Shown one piece after another: positions 12,401-26,338 of a stretch of DNA of 64,000 nt. Origin of the DNA: Lepidodermella squamata (taxonomy: Eukaryota > Animalia > Gastrotricha); assembly GCA_047495785.1 (NCBI GenBank), contig JBLDXI010000002.1, positions 1,860,001 through 1,924,000 of the forward strand, in the 5' to 3' direction. Every line of letters begins with the position of its first letter. Position 1 is the first letter of the stretch. The position numbers were made by a program, and so were the translations under genes. The notes beneath the pieces were generated by a model. The model worked only from the letters and a program-made list of their open reading frames with translations. It was not told the DNA's origin and ran no database searches.

Positions 12401-15400
12401 GCGAGTCAAGACGTCGAAATCAGGTTATTATCACTGAAATTACTCGGCTATTTCCTATGCCGATCTGTCTACCAACGCAAATCAGACGTAATGGGTCCGA
12501 ATAATTTGTTCATGTTGATTGTCGATCGTCTGCTATTACACACTGATCGAATTGATTTGAGGACTTACAACGTGTTACTCGAGTTGATGACTGAAAGAAT
12601 TGTACCCGAGGCACTGGGCAATAAACACCCGACCATTGAGTTGAACCATTCGATTGAAAACCCGATGATGTTCAAAGTAATCGCGAGTCTGATCGCTCAG
12701 TCGAAATCTTCGTTCACAGTTATGGACGTGAAGCGGCAATTTCTCGCTGATTTGAGCATTTTATGCCGGACTAGTAAGTACAATCGCCGGGTTATCCTGC
12801 AAATGTCGGTTTGGCAGGAGTGGCTATTTGCCATGGCCTACCTGACCCCGGCTAACGCTGAGGAAGAGGCGATTACCACGACTGTTCTCGAGCTATTCAG
12901 AGTCCTACTTCACCACGCTGTGAAATATGAATTCGGCGGTTGGCGAGTTTGGATTGATACTATGTCTATTCTCCACTCGAAAATTTCTTTGCATGAGTGG
13001 AAAATGATGGCATTATCGGTTTATTCCGGTAAAAAGAGCGGCGATACTTCGGCTAATGAATCAGCCCGCGAATCATCTGAAAACGTTGGTCTGCCTAATA
13101 ACAATGAAAGTGGCGAGCCACCGGCCGAAAATGGCGATGCTGATGAAAACAGTGCTACGCCAACAGCCGAAAATCAGCCCAGCCAGGCTGAGGGTGAAAC
13201 TGGCGAGCAGAACGAAAATCCAACTCAATCGTCGATTTCACCGCCGCCTTCGTCTTACAAGTTGGCGCCGTTCCGAATTCCTGATTTCAAGTGGTCAGAA
13301 TTGCACAAGAAGCTACTGAACGATTTGCTCGCTTCATTCGAAACCGATGTCGAAGAATTATTTGCGTAAGTTTTATCCTCCTTAATTATGATATTTTTAT
13401 AATTCTAAACTGAAATTAAAATTAATTTCATCTGACGTATGATTTTCTGTGACCAGTGATGCTGTTTCGTCAATGGCCATGAATAACTTGGCCCATCAAC
13501 ACGGGGCTGCGGCCTCCCCTCGCAGGTCGATTAATAAATTTTCTGGATTTTTTTTGCGTGTCTTCACTTAATCACAGTTTTCCTCTGAGTGCGCACTTCT
13601 GATTTTCATGCTAATTTCAGTGTTTAAATTAAAAAATTCAAATTTTCTCAATAATTGCTGGGACTTTCTTTATCAGTGTTGAGACTAATACTTTGTGAGT
13701 TTCCAATCTGCTGAAATGTCAAATTCAGTTGATTTAGCCAAGCTAAAATATATTTGCGATAGATAGACCAAGAAAATCTTAATTTTACGTGATTTTGTAA
13801 TTATTAAGGCGGATTTTTTTATTATTTCCAAGCCAGATTTGCGCACTCTTATTTCTGTGTTTGTTTCGCTTCTCTGCACTTTTTCTCGTGTTTTCTGTGT
13901 CGTCTATTCATTTTATTACGTTTTTACCGCAAATTATCGATCCTGAAGACAGCGCAATAATCGTTTATTTTCGTGACTTGCAGGCAGGAACAATCGCTCT
14001 ACAGCGTGATCAATTCTAACGACAACCAGATATTCGTCGTCAACATGATCCACATTATTTCTCAACTATCGGACATGATCGTCAGCGGTTGCGGCGGTCT
14101 GCTGCCAGTCCTAGCCGCGGCCACCTCCGCCACCGGCTCTGTTGATAGCGTCGAGCCGGAACAAGGCCTGAGTGTCGAAGAATCAGTCACAGTGTTGAAA
14201 AGACTCGTATCCCTTGCCGATATTTTCGTTCTCGGCTCAAATATTTGCCTAACTGATCTTGAAAATGAGAAAAATATGGCTCAAGGCGCGACTTTGCGCC
14301 AATTGCTACGAATGGTTGCTTGTCATTCCGTTGCAGTCGTTCTTAATACGAAACGACAGCAAGAGGGTGTTAACCTCGAGGGGTCGGGCTCAGGCCGCTG
14401 TTTGGCTGTTCTAAGCACTGCTCATCTGCTACATCAACCCAACCCGCCTCTGACGTATCTCGACGCAAAGGGGCAGAAACAATCAGACCCGATTGATCAT
14501 CTCCTCTCGATTTTATCGTCTACGCACAGCCGAGGGGGTGAATTTTTGTACGATGGTTCGAGGTTGTTACAGGAAATTGATGTCGCACGTCTGCGTGCGA
14601 TTCTATTCCGAGATATTGAAGAAACGAAACAAGCGCAATTTTTAGCCATGTCATTGATTTATCTCACGTCTGTTTTGATGGTCTCGCGTTATCGTGACAT
14701 TCTCGAACCGGCTGGTAGTAGCGCGGTGGCTACGCCAAGCACCCCGAAACCGCTGAATGGCGAAACTTCGTCCACCTTAAATGGACACTCGGTCCAGGCA
14801 GAAAATGGAGGTGAAAATGGGGTTGAAGAAAAAGCAGAGGAAAAAGTTGAGGAAGAACCTACTCCTACGGCTGAGGAAGAGAAAATTAAGGAGGAAAATG
14901 AGGAGAAACCGGATGAAGAGAAGGCGGAAGAGAATCGAAGCGCGACAGCGTCGCCCAGTCGAAATTTAGCAAAATCCCCGCTACCTGTTGCATCGTCCGA
15001 CGCGGCTGCCAGCGGAATTTCGTCGATTAATTTGGATTTGTCGCAAGTTCAACTGCCGCCATCTGCTGCCGCTGCCCCGAACCAGGCGCCGTTGATTCGC
15101 ATTGATTTGGCAAATATCAGCATGGAACGGGCTTTGACGCTGGGAGAGCGGCTGGAACGTGCCCTCGGCCCGGTTGCACCGCTGGTCAAGGAAATTTTCT
15201 TCGATTTCTCGCTGTATTTGTCGAAGAATTTGACCGGATCGCATGGACAAGAATTGGTCGCCCCTGGCGGAACTACCATCCGTCAAGCCATGTCTGTTAT
15301 AGAACTGGTAAGTTCTTGTCGAAATGTTGAAATTAGGAATATATTTACTAGTTGATACACTGAGAATTCTAAGACTTCAGATGAAACTTCCAAAAATAGC

Positions 15401-18400
15401 TGACTCAATTTTCAAATTTTTTAAGCTCCTTTTTTATTTTGATTTCGGCCGAATGCATTGAAGATGCCGATCAATTGGTTATGTCTCTAAAATCGAAAAC
15501 TCGATCGATAAATATATTCCTGCGCTATGATATTCACATTTTTAATTCGATCCCATTTTATTTTCGAAGCATGATTTTAGGATTTTTTTTCTAAAAAAAT
15601 CTGTTTGATAGCCCTTCTCCCCTGATACCAAATTATTTAAAACGATAAAATAATACGGCGGATACTTTAAAATTTCACGTTTTTATTTTCAGGTCATGCT
15701 GTTTTGCAGCCAAGAGTGGCAAAACGCTTTGCAGAAGCACGGCGGGTTATCTTTTATCGAGCTGATTAACGAAGGCCGGCTGTACAGCCACGCAGCTCGT
15801 GATCACACCGTTCGAGTCGCAAACGAGGCCGAATTCATTCTGAACCGAATGCGAGCCGAGGACGTGCAACGCCACGCTGAATTCGAAGGTTCCAGCGCCC
15901 AGTGGAACGCCGACCGGCAGGACGATGAGAAGCTGTGCGATCACCTGATCACATCTGCGAGGTTGCGAGACCGCGCACATGCTGTTCGGATCGTTGATAA
16001 AATCTACACGGTGATGACGTCGAAACCGGGGGCGTGGTTCGACGACTTCTCCCGAATGCAATTCTGGAAACTCGATTTCTGGGAGGACGACTCGCGTCGC
16101 CGGCAGCGTTTCCAGCGGAATCCGATCGGAACAACGCATTCCGATGCTGAGCTGAAAGCAGGAGATACCACTCGATCAGACTCTGCCCCGGCTAAATCAG
16201 ACGATGCCGCCTTAATGGAGTTGCATCGGAAATTGAAGGCGCAACAGAGTTTGGCGCCTAGCAACCAACAAGCCTCTCAAATCGGTGATTTCACCGACGA
16301 AGAGCTGTTGCAAGCGTCGATTAATTCTGAGAATGATTTGGCGCTCGAGTTGGATAAGCAGCAACCGGACGGCCCTGTCTCGCTGATGACCAGTGCTAAA
16401 CTGGTCGTACCCGGTTTGGCCATTAATGGCACGCTTTCGGTGACTAAAACCGATGTCTACTTCGAAATGGACCCTGAAGACGCTGAAAACCAGAAAATGG
16501 ACCCTGGGGTAAGTGCAGTTCTTAATAATCAACAGCTATTTTTGAATTAATTGCTTGCTATACAGTATTCCCTTGATATGAGATCTCGGGCCAGGGACAG
16601 GCCCAGGTCTTTATCTAGGGAAGCTTATCGTAAGGTATGTTGCTGCATGAGTTTTGCTACGGAAAAGGAAAAGTTGGCTTCGAAACGGTGGGGGTGTGTG
16701 AAAATGCTATTTTCCTGAATCCATATTTAGGCCAACTGTTTAAATCGTAAATTTCTCATTTTTCTAAAATTCAACCGTTTATTTTCTAAGCTCAAAATGG
16801 TATAATTATGTATTAATTCAATTCAGTCGATTGATTTCATTGAAATTGAAAGTCAACTGGCGTAGAAGTTGCCAAACTTTTCGCGACATTAGAGTGTAAT
16901 TAGCCGCCTGGCTAACCCCAGGCTGTGAATTAGGCGAAGGACTTTCGGTCAAGATGTTGACATTAGCCAGTAAGTAATGGTCCAAGCGCTGGTTTTGCAA
17001 GCAATTTATCAATTGCAGTAAAATTGATCGAATTCTATACAAAAAATTTAAGCTGGATTTTTTGCTAAAATAAATTTCTTACCTATCAGGGAGGCTTGTC
17101 GTTAGCCAATCGGTGTTGCTTGGGTGTTTCTCCCATTCCCAAAGTACCAAAGTGACCAGTTGGTGATTAGTCACCCCGCCAAGGCCTTCGACATGATCGC
17201 GCAGTGTTTTCAGCGCGCGTAGACAGGCAACTCTTCCACTCACCGGCATATCTCCAGCATAAGTGTTCGGGGGTGATTGCGACCCGATTGAACTCAGCAA
17301 ATTACTCTCGGCCTCGAAAACGTTGATTTGCCACGTGTCGCTGTCAGCAGATGCAGAGGGTCGTCTTTGCTGGCCCTGTTGATCCATCCCCTAAAATTAC
17401 GATTTTCGGATGAAATTAATTTGGATTAAAAATCATATTACCGATATGTTACAATTGCTGTCACGAACGTTATAATTGTTAGAATTGAGCCCGGTATTTG
17501 ACGCAGCCGCAGTTGCTTGTGAGTTGTTAGGGTTGACAACCTCGTTTGCGATCAACGTGAATCCAACTAAGGCTCGGCCCTCTTGAGTGCCGTTATTACC
17601 TCCGTTCTTCGGCCCTGTCGGAACGTACAGAGCTGCGCTCCCGGCTGGAAGGGTCGCTAAATTTCGAGCAGATGCCGGCCAGCAACCTCGACAACGAAAT
17701 CCCGGTACAACCGAAACAATATATTTGTTCTGTTGAAAATTCGATTAACTAAAAAATCTCGTAAAATTAAGGCGGCTTACGTATATTGTCAGTGAGCCAT
17801 TACTTTGATTGAATCGAACGACATGAGGGCTTTGGCTGTAAAGTTTCTCAACAGCGTTTAGGAGTAGAGAATGAAATCGACTTCGCAGCTTTTTTGCTGA
17901 CAAGTAACCGCTTGCCGTAATAAATTCTACCCAGAGAGACATCGATCGTTTCCGGCCATCGCACAGTTTTAACGCGGCATATCCCGGTACTGAACCATCG
18001 TCGATGCAATTAAAGACTGCCATTTGGTTGAGGTAGAGAATAATTTGAAATTCATGAGTTGAAATGGCGCGAATCGACGGAATTCGCTGCCACATTTCCG
18101 CGCCACCCAGCATTGGCGGTAAATTTGCCGATTGAGGCTGGGACGTGTCGCCGTCCGACCGGCCCATTACATTATCTTCGGTGCCATCACTCATCAATTG
18201 ATACACAAATCTAGGCTCTTGTTGCTCGACATCTTTCAACAAATTTTGCACTATTGGTAGAATCTAAAAAATTTTAAATAATTTTTGAGGTGGATTTTAT
18301 CAAAATTTGTACCTCTTTTATGCCCTCTTCGACAACAGCTTGGCGCATAGTGCAGCGTTCCATGTAGAAATGGGTCAAAATACTCGCCTCGCGTTGCTCC

Positions 18401-21400
18401 TTAGAAATGATAAATTCGCTTTTGAAGGCGTTCATATCGGCAGCGCTCGGGCCCATGTAACACGTATCGACTTCAGTCTGCTGTTGCTGCTGTTGTTGGG
18501 TTGGGTCCTGTCCATAGCCATAGTCGACGGCATACGGGAAAGTGCTCTGCTGCTGCATGTTCGATGGCGATTGGCCTTGGTGCATCATCACTTCGCCTTG
18601 TTGAGGAATGGCGTAATAATTCGGCTGCTGATAGTAATTCTCTCCGTATCCACCTTAAAAATAAAAATCGAAATTTTTTAGTTTCAAGTGTAAAATAATC
18701 GGTGAAAATTGTGAAATCCCGAAATACCTATATTAGTCATTTGAGGCTGAGGCGCTGAGTATAAAGTAGCGAAAACGGAGGCAAATTCCGTCGAAGAAGC
18801 CGGCCCAGGTTCATAGCCTTCAGTCGCTTGGTTTTGCACCTGTTGGGGATCGCTCGGCTCATTTTCGTAGCAATAGGCGCCGTTGTTCGGTGCCTGTTGC
18901 TCCGGCGCATAGCACTGATTTACTTGATGAAACATTGGGTTTTAAAGTCGCAAGCGAATTTTAAAGAAGAGTGCAATGGCGCGGGCGCTGCTGAGCATCT
19001 TGCGCGCGCGCGATAGAACTGTCAGTTTATATTATGCTAATTCGCAGTGACACATTTTTATCGGCGCGACCATCTCGCGCTTTGACAGGCGGCGTAATTC
19101 GATTCGATTACAAAATTTCAACTGACCTCTTTCGCGTTACTGTTGCGGCTGCTGATCGTTGATCGATATTGTCGAAGGTGTGAATTTCGGGCGAAAAAAT
19201 TCGTTGTGAAATTGGATAATGCGTACAAGTTTTGTCTGGTGATTGCCAGGTTCCGGCCGCAGTTTTATACCCCGTAATTTCATGCGCGTTGCTTGCGGTC
19301 ACGGCAATCATCACCGCTGGGCACTACATTATCATTATCGCGGCTGCGATCGCGCGCGCGGCTACTTTGCGGCCCGTTGAAAACCGAAGCGCGCTCTTAG
19401 CGCACACAGTGCATGTAGTATGTACAATTAGCGATTGTTTATCTTTTTAGCCATCACCACTATTTTCGGTTAATGGTGAGAGCGCGCACCAGCGTCTGTG
19501 TTTAGGCTGCAAGTGTCAGTCGGTGGTGGGCCACCTGCGCTGGCCGTCAGAACCCGTGCTGGTCATTAGACGTTGAGCCTAGAAATATGCCCTCTTTTTC
19601 AAGCCAAAATACACCGTTCAAGCTGTAAGTGACCTGCCAAAATTTATCATCAACTACTTTATTACCGAATAACGATGTTGAGAATAGACAAAACGTAGGC
19701 AAGATATTGAGCGTGCTTGATTTTGCCAGAAAACAAACGTTAACCACAATGGCTTCGAAGCAAAAATAATATGAACAGGACAATTATGGATTTTTAATGC
19801 CCTCTAATCATATTATTTAAGGTGGGCGAATACCATCAAATTTTTGCTCTCTATTTGAGAATTTTTGATTATCTCTAATAAATTTATCTAAAATTGAAAT
19901 TTTAAGGAAGTTTAATGCTATTTCTTCAAGTTCTGCGTTACGATTGTCTAAAGGAGTCATCTTCATGAATTTGGGTTGATTACCTATTTGGAAAGTGAAG
20001 TAAAATAAATAAGAAACTGATTGACTGCTGCAGTTTTATTAATTTTAAAAATCCACCTGAAAACTCTTATTTTACTCTATGCAATTATTATTCCAAGTCC
20101 CTGAAGTCCCTGAAAGCGTTAAACTTCACCAACACGATTAATTTTGAAAAATAAGTATGTGTCGAATTTTGCCATATTGACTTGGATTTAACCCAAACGG
20201 GTCCGTATTTTGAATAATTTCTATTGTATAATATTTTTGCTTTTTCCTTTTATTATGAAATATTTAAAATAATTTCCATGCCTCTTTAAGGTGCATTTTT
20301 CTCTTGCTTTCTTTTGAATACCTGTGATTGCCTCAATTTCACTCATCTTATTTTTCGTAAAGGTTCTTGCTTATGCGGAAGGTGTTCATGGTCGATGGGC
20401 TTTCTCCGAAATCCGCGCGATTTTCTCGCGACGGTACCTGCTGCAAAATGTCGCCATCGAAATGTTCCTGTCAAACCGAACTGCCGTGTTCTTCGCCTTC
20501 CCAGACCGCGCAACCGTCAAAAAAGTCATCAACGTCCTGCCGCGAGTCGGTGTCGGTGTCAAATACGGCCTGCCCCAGACCCGGCGCAGTTCGCTAGCCA
20601 CGCCGAGACAGCTGTTCAAACTCTCTGGAATGACTGCGAGATGGCAGCGTCGTGAAATTTCAAACTTCGACTATCTAATGTTTTTGAACACAATCGCCGG
20701 CCGCTCTTACTGCGACCTGAGCCAGTACCCGGTATTCCCGTGGGTTCTGTCAAATTACGACACGGAAGAGTTGGATTTGAATGTGCCGTCGAATTACCGT
20801 GATTTGTCGAAACCTATCGGCGCGTTGAACCCCCAACGTAAGACCTACTTTGAGGAGAGGTACGCTCAGTGGGAGCACGATCAGGTACCCGCTTTCCACT
20901 ACGGCACCCACTACTCGACCGCGGCTTTCGTCCTGAATTGGCTGCTACGCGTTGAACCGTTCTCTTCGGCTTTCATCGCAATGCAGGGCGGGCGGTTCGA
21001 TCATGCGGATCGGATGTTCCATTCCGTGCCGACGGCGTGGAAAAACTGCCAACGCGACTCGGCTGACGTTAAGGAGGTTATCCCCGAGTTCTACTACCTG
21101 CCTGAAATGTTCATCAACTGCAATGCGTTTAAACTCGGCCAAGTCGACGAGAAACCGATTGGCGACGTTGAATTACCACCCTGGGCCAAGTCGCCGGACG
21201 ATTTCGTTCGAATTAGCCGAATGGCGTTGGAATCGGAATTCGTGTCCTGTCAACTGCATCAGTGGATTGATTTGATTTTCGGCTACAAGCAACGCGGCCC
21301 TGAGGCGGTTCGGGCGACGAATAGTTTCTATTACCTGACGTATGAAGGCGCGGTTGATGTTGATTCAATCAAAGACCCGGCGGTTAAGGAGGGTACGCTC

Positions 21401-23541
21401 AACCAGATTCGCAGTTTTGGCATCACTCCATCGCAACTTTTGACCGACCCGCATCCGACTCGCAGCTCGGCCATGCATGTCATGCTTGAACGCAACCGCG
21501 CTATGAATGTGAGTCAAATATTTTTGAAATTTATACCAATAAGGTGGGTTGGACGTTCAGGTTTATAATAGGGTAATTTTGGGCTGTTTGAATGTCCCAA
21601 AAAATCAAAAAATTATGAAAAAATTCTCAAAAGTGGCAAAAATTCACATAAATCACCTTGAATTCAATTACGGTATTAAATTTACAATATTTTCGATTTT
21701 TGAAAAATTTTGAACTTATTTTTGAAATTTTTCTAATTTCAAGTGGCCGGTGCAAATTCCGATGACGGCGAAATCTGACTTGTGCATGATTCTCAAATTC
21801 GCGACGAATTCAGCTGTTTGCCACGTGGCAGCCAACACCCACCCTGCGTCTCAACTGCCGGCGGTTCTGACCATCCTCGCGAACAAAACGTTTGCCATCA
21901 ACCGGTGGATCACCCCGCAACAGGCCGTTCAGGCGCAGCAGGCTCAACTCGCTCAGATCAATAACAGCAGTAAACAGCAACCACCACCGCAGCCGCAACA
22001 GCAGCAGCAACAACCGCCAGCCGGGTCGGCTGAATCGCAAGCTCCGGCGGATCCGGCAGCCGCGGCTCCCGTCAACGGAACGGCGGCTCCACCTACGCCG
22101 ACGTCGAATGGCCAACAGCCGCAACAACAGCCGGCGGCTGCTCCTCAGCAGCCAGTTCAAGCCGTTGGGTCGAATTCGCAGCCTGAACTCGTATATTTGC
22201 CGCTTCAAATGGATCCGTTTGTGTACGGCTACATCAACATGAACAGAAGGTGAGTTGAAAATCTGTCGGAAATATTTTTCGCAATTTTAAATTGAATTTC
22301 TCGGCCTTCTATCGTCTGCTAATTTTGATTAGTCTATATCGATTTTCATGTAAAAAAGCACTGAATTTGATATTTATCGATTGGTATCGGATCTAACGAA
22401 CGTCCTTATAGCGTGAGGAAAAATTGGTCGTTTTAAGCCTTGTGCGCAACTTTTTAGAGCCTCAATTTCGGCCAAAAAGTGAGAAATTATAAAATTCTGA
22501 TTACTCGCATGAGTGAATTCGATGCACGTTTGAGATGAGGAGAAATTAAGCTTTAATTTTAGCATGATTTATGCTCGAGAAAAACGAGAACCGGAAAAAA
22601 ACGAGAAAGAAATCGAAAAATAATTTTTAAGGAGGATTTTTTATTTTCGAATTTTATTAATTTCTTTTAATTTTTTCAGAACTCTCGTTGATAATTTCGA
22701 CGAGCGCGTGCAATTGGAAAACCGGCATTTCATCGTAACCGCCGATAATAAATACGTTCTATCGTGCGCGTTCTGGGACAAGAGCTTCCGCCTGTACCTG
22801 AGCGACTCGGCCAAGTTGGTCCAGGTCGTCTACGGCCACTGCGACATTGTCACATGCATCGGCCGGTCCGAATGCTCGCTAGTGCAAGACTGCTACGTGG
22901 CAACCGGGTCACGTGACTGCACCGTCCTGTTGTGGCACTGGTCAAACCGCCACCACGCAATAATTGGCGACGCGCAAATGGCCAGCGGCGTTATCACCGA
23001 CCGGCCAGCCCCGAAAGCTGTGCTAACCGGGCATTTATCAGCCGTCACCTGCGTGGCGGTTAGCGCCGAACTCGGGCTGGTTTTCAGCGGGTCGAAAGAC
23101 GGCACTGTCCTGATTCATACAACCCTAGGCGATTTGCTTCACTCCCTCGACCCGCCGCGGCCTGGTCTAACGCCGGCTCATCTGTGCGTGTCACGTGACG
23201 GCCGGTTGTTCGTCTCGTACGAAAAATCGATCATCGTCGCGTTTTCTATCAACGGCCGGCCGCTGACGGCAATCGATATCAGCGACCACATCCGGGCGAT
23301 GTTCACGACCCGGGATGGGCGGTTTTTGTTCCTAGGCACCGATTCGGGCCTGGTGCACATATGGCAGGCCGAAACCCTGACGCTGCTATACACATTCCCG
23401 CGATGCGATTCCGGCGTGAGATCGCTCGGTCTCAGCCACGACCAGCGGTTCATTCTAGCCGGCATGTCGAACGGCTCTCTCGTTGTGTTCAACGTCGACC
23501 TTAATAAATGGAATCTTGAAATGGGTGGTCGGTTCACTTGA
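9449..23541 (+). CDS. NBEA: Neurobeachin/LRBA (rugose, sel-2 family) BEACH-domain protein
   Basis: Exons 9449-10447, 10502-13365, (13457-13525), 13984-15307, 15693-16508, (16566-16634), 20363-21508, 21744-22249, 22680-23541. ConA-like domain, [24 protein letters not shown] ([42 protein letters not shown]) and WD40 repeats. Confidence 0.96.
16818..18935 (-). CDS. mab-21: Mab-21 family protein, nested antisense in a neurobeachin intron
   Basis: Exons 18935-18728, 18653-18313, 18263-17781, 17729-17442, 17390-17083, 17034-16818. Diagnostic [72 protein letters not shown]. Confidence 0.93.
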
Positions 23542-24386
23542 ATTTCTATAATATGAAAACTTTTCCGTTGTCATTTTCTGTGTTGTTTTTTCAATATCGA
23601 TATATATATATTATTCATTCCAGTCTGCAGTCACAACGTGACACCCGTGCGGTCGTTTTTTGGTTCAAAAACTACTCTGTGACTAAAACAAATTAGTGCT
23701 TTATTCGAGATACATACATAACTTGTTGGTGTGCAATACGTTGCAGTAAAACATTCAAAATCTGTGTCACTTTTTTCTTATCATCTGCTCATAATATAAC
23801 GAAAGGCAAAACAGAATTCAATGCAGGCGACGCCTTGTATAACTTTATCGTGTGAGAAAAAAAAAACATTTCAATTTTGGTGATTTGGGCTCTTCTTTTG
23901 AATTTTCTGGATGCGGAGCTTTACACATTTTTTTCTTCTGCTGCGCGCATGTTTTTATATATGGAAATGAGACATTCGATTGAACCTTTAGCACACGCAT
24001 ATTCTGTAGTAAAATATTACGCGCTTGCGAAAATCGAATCGGGCATGTGAAAATATATACTATTCTAATTATTTGATTTACTATCACGCGGTTGTGGAGA
24101 GTCGAAATTTTTTGGGAAAAATTACAATAATATTATTATGATTATTATTATGACCTGTTTCGATTCCGATATCTGAAATGAAAAATTATATACGCAATGT
24201 GTTATGTTATCAACTTTCTCTCTCTCCTTCGTCTTCGTCTTCTATCAACGGCCTGCGGGCGCGCTTGCTCTTACGCCCGCTTTTCAGCATGTGTGTGCAA
24301 ATGAATTGAGTTCAAAAAATAAAACTAAATCATTTATTGATATAACAGCATATTTATTTTTGATTATTTCGACGATATTATTTGTT

Positions 24387-26338
24387 TTATCGCTTTTTGG
24401 CCAGGGAATATCCGTTCTCAGATTCGATACAGACGCTGCTAGCGCTGTCGTAGGTTTCATCGCCGCAGCAAGCTAACCGACCATCTTCAGAGACTGAGTA
24501 GACCCCGTTGCAGCATATCTGAAAAATCAGAAAAATTGAATGAGAAATTTAAAAAAATAAAAAAATTCGATTCCAATAATCGATTTTACAAATCAGTGAT
24601 TTTCAGGGATCCATGACTTAAGGGTACGAGTTTGCTAAAAAAATGCAGAGTTGGAACCTCAATATTAATTGTACCCATCGCGAAAATGATAATCGATAAC
24701 CAATAGCCAATTTTGGGGAATTATGAGAAAATCGATTCCTCATTGACGAAACACCATAAAATTGCTGAAGAATTGTCAATTTTTTACCTGTCCTGGCGTC
24801 CGTTTGTAGATGAATGTCCCGCAGCAGAAAATTGGCGCGTCATGCTGCTTGCAAATAGCCGCCGCGAATTGTTGAAAAGAGTGCATTTCGACCTGAGTTC
24901 CTCCTGCTGCAACAGCGATTTCTTCACTTTTCCGTTTATCAGCAGCGAAATTGTCACGAGCTCGAGGCATCATCAAAGCCACGTCAATAACTGGAGAAGG
25001 AATTGACACTGCATCAGCTTCAGCCGGGTTCAATGTCGGAATAGGCGTGGGTGTGGTTGTTGTTGTAGTCGGCGTAGTGGCCTCGGTAGATGTCGATGTT
25101 TGCTCCGTGGTCGTTGTGGTGGTTGTTTCTGGGGTAGTCGTTGTTGTCGTAGAAACAGTCGTAGTCGTGGTTGGTTCAGTAGTAGTAGTTGTTGTCTCGA
25201 TTTCAACCAAAAGCGGGCTAGTCTGCTCGTCCATTGCCTGCTGCTCGATTTTCAGCGGCTTCTTAACCGGCGCATTTTGATCTCGATTGGCTCGTTGGAT
25301 AATCACGTTGTCAACGCAATAAGAATTTTGAATATTAAACGCCTTTTCCCCACAACAGAAAATCCACGGTAATTTTTGCTCCAAGGCCACGAATTTTCTC
25401 TGGTTACATCTAACTAAACGATGGCCATTTTTAATGATAGGCGTCATCAGGATTTCAGGCGGGTAACTCGTATCTTCAAAACTCGGGAAAGTCGGCTGAT
25501 TTTCGGGTTCTTCTTGTTCCTCAATAATATCAGGCTCCGGCACTGTTTTCCGGACCGGTGGTATGATGGTGAAATGATTTTGCAGCAACTGGATGCAATC
25601 ATTGAAGCGGCTCTCCACATTTTCAACCGTTGTAGTCGTCGCAATTGTTGTTGACGTGCTAGTCGTAGGCGGTGTAGTTGATAAAATTTTCGAATGCCGA
25701 TAAATTGGCCTCATTCCCATCGGCATTGGTTTTATTTGATGGAGGGAGAAAAATCGTTTATCACTACCGTCGAAGCCGTAGTTTTGCGATTCTTGCGGCG
25801 GATGGTAAATCGGTTGCCGGTTCTCGAATCGATTGTGCCGGAAATTACCCGAAAAAGTCGGGAAAAATGACTCAGAATCTTGAAAATTCGCTTGAAATTC
25901 ATCCAACTCAGACATTGAAAACGGCCTAGAAATGACTTTTTGACTCTGAAATGTCGGAATTTCTGTCGTCGTCGTAGTCGTTTGAACTTTCATGAATCGT
26001 TTGTTGCCAGTTGGAAGGACTTGGAACACCTTGTTTTTTGCTAAATCGATATGAGGTGACGTTTTCGGTATCAATTTTCGATGGCCCATCAATTGCGGGT
26101 TCTGATAGACAAAATTTGGCTGCATTGGACCGCGTTTAGGCTGTTGTTCGAACTCGTCCATGTAATCGATATGGCGCTGTTGTTCCGGGGTGAGAAAGGC
26201 GCGTGGGTCGAGCTGCGGTGTCATCGGCAGTAGTGGAAAAATGTCGCGCCATTGCTTCGGGTACGAAGGCTGAGGCAATTTCACCGCTTGAACGGACGTA
26301 CCAAATAAAACCAAAATTAATCCGCAAAATGTTTTCAT
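24387..26338 (-). CDS. Secreted Cys-Cys repeat (galaxin-like) / Thr-rich protein A
   Basis: Signal peptide, Q/P-rich N-terminus, poly-Thr tracts, CCG modules. Exons 26338-24788 and 24518-24387 (ICCNGVYS...LACCGDETYD...KKR*). Confidence 0.85.
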
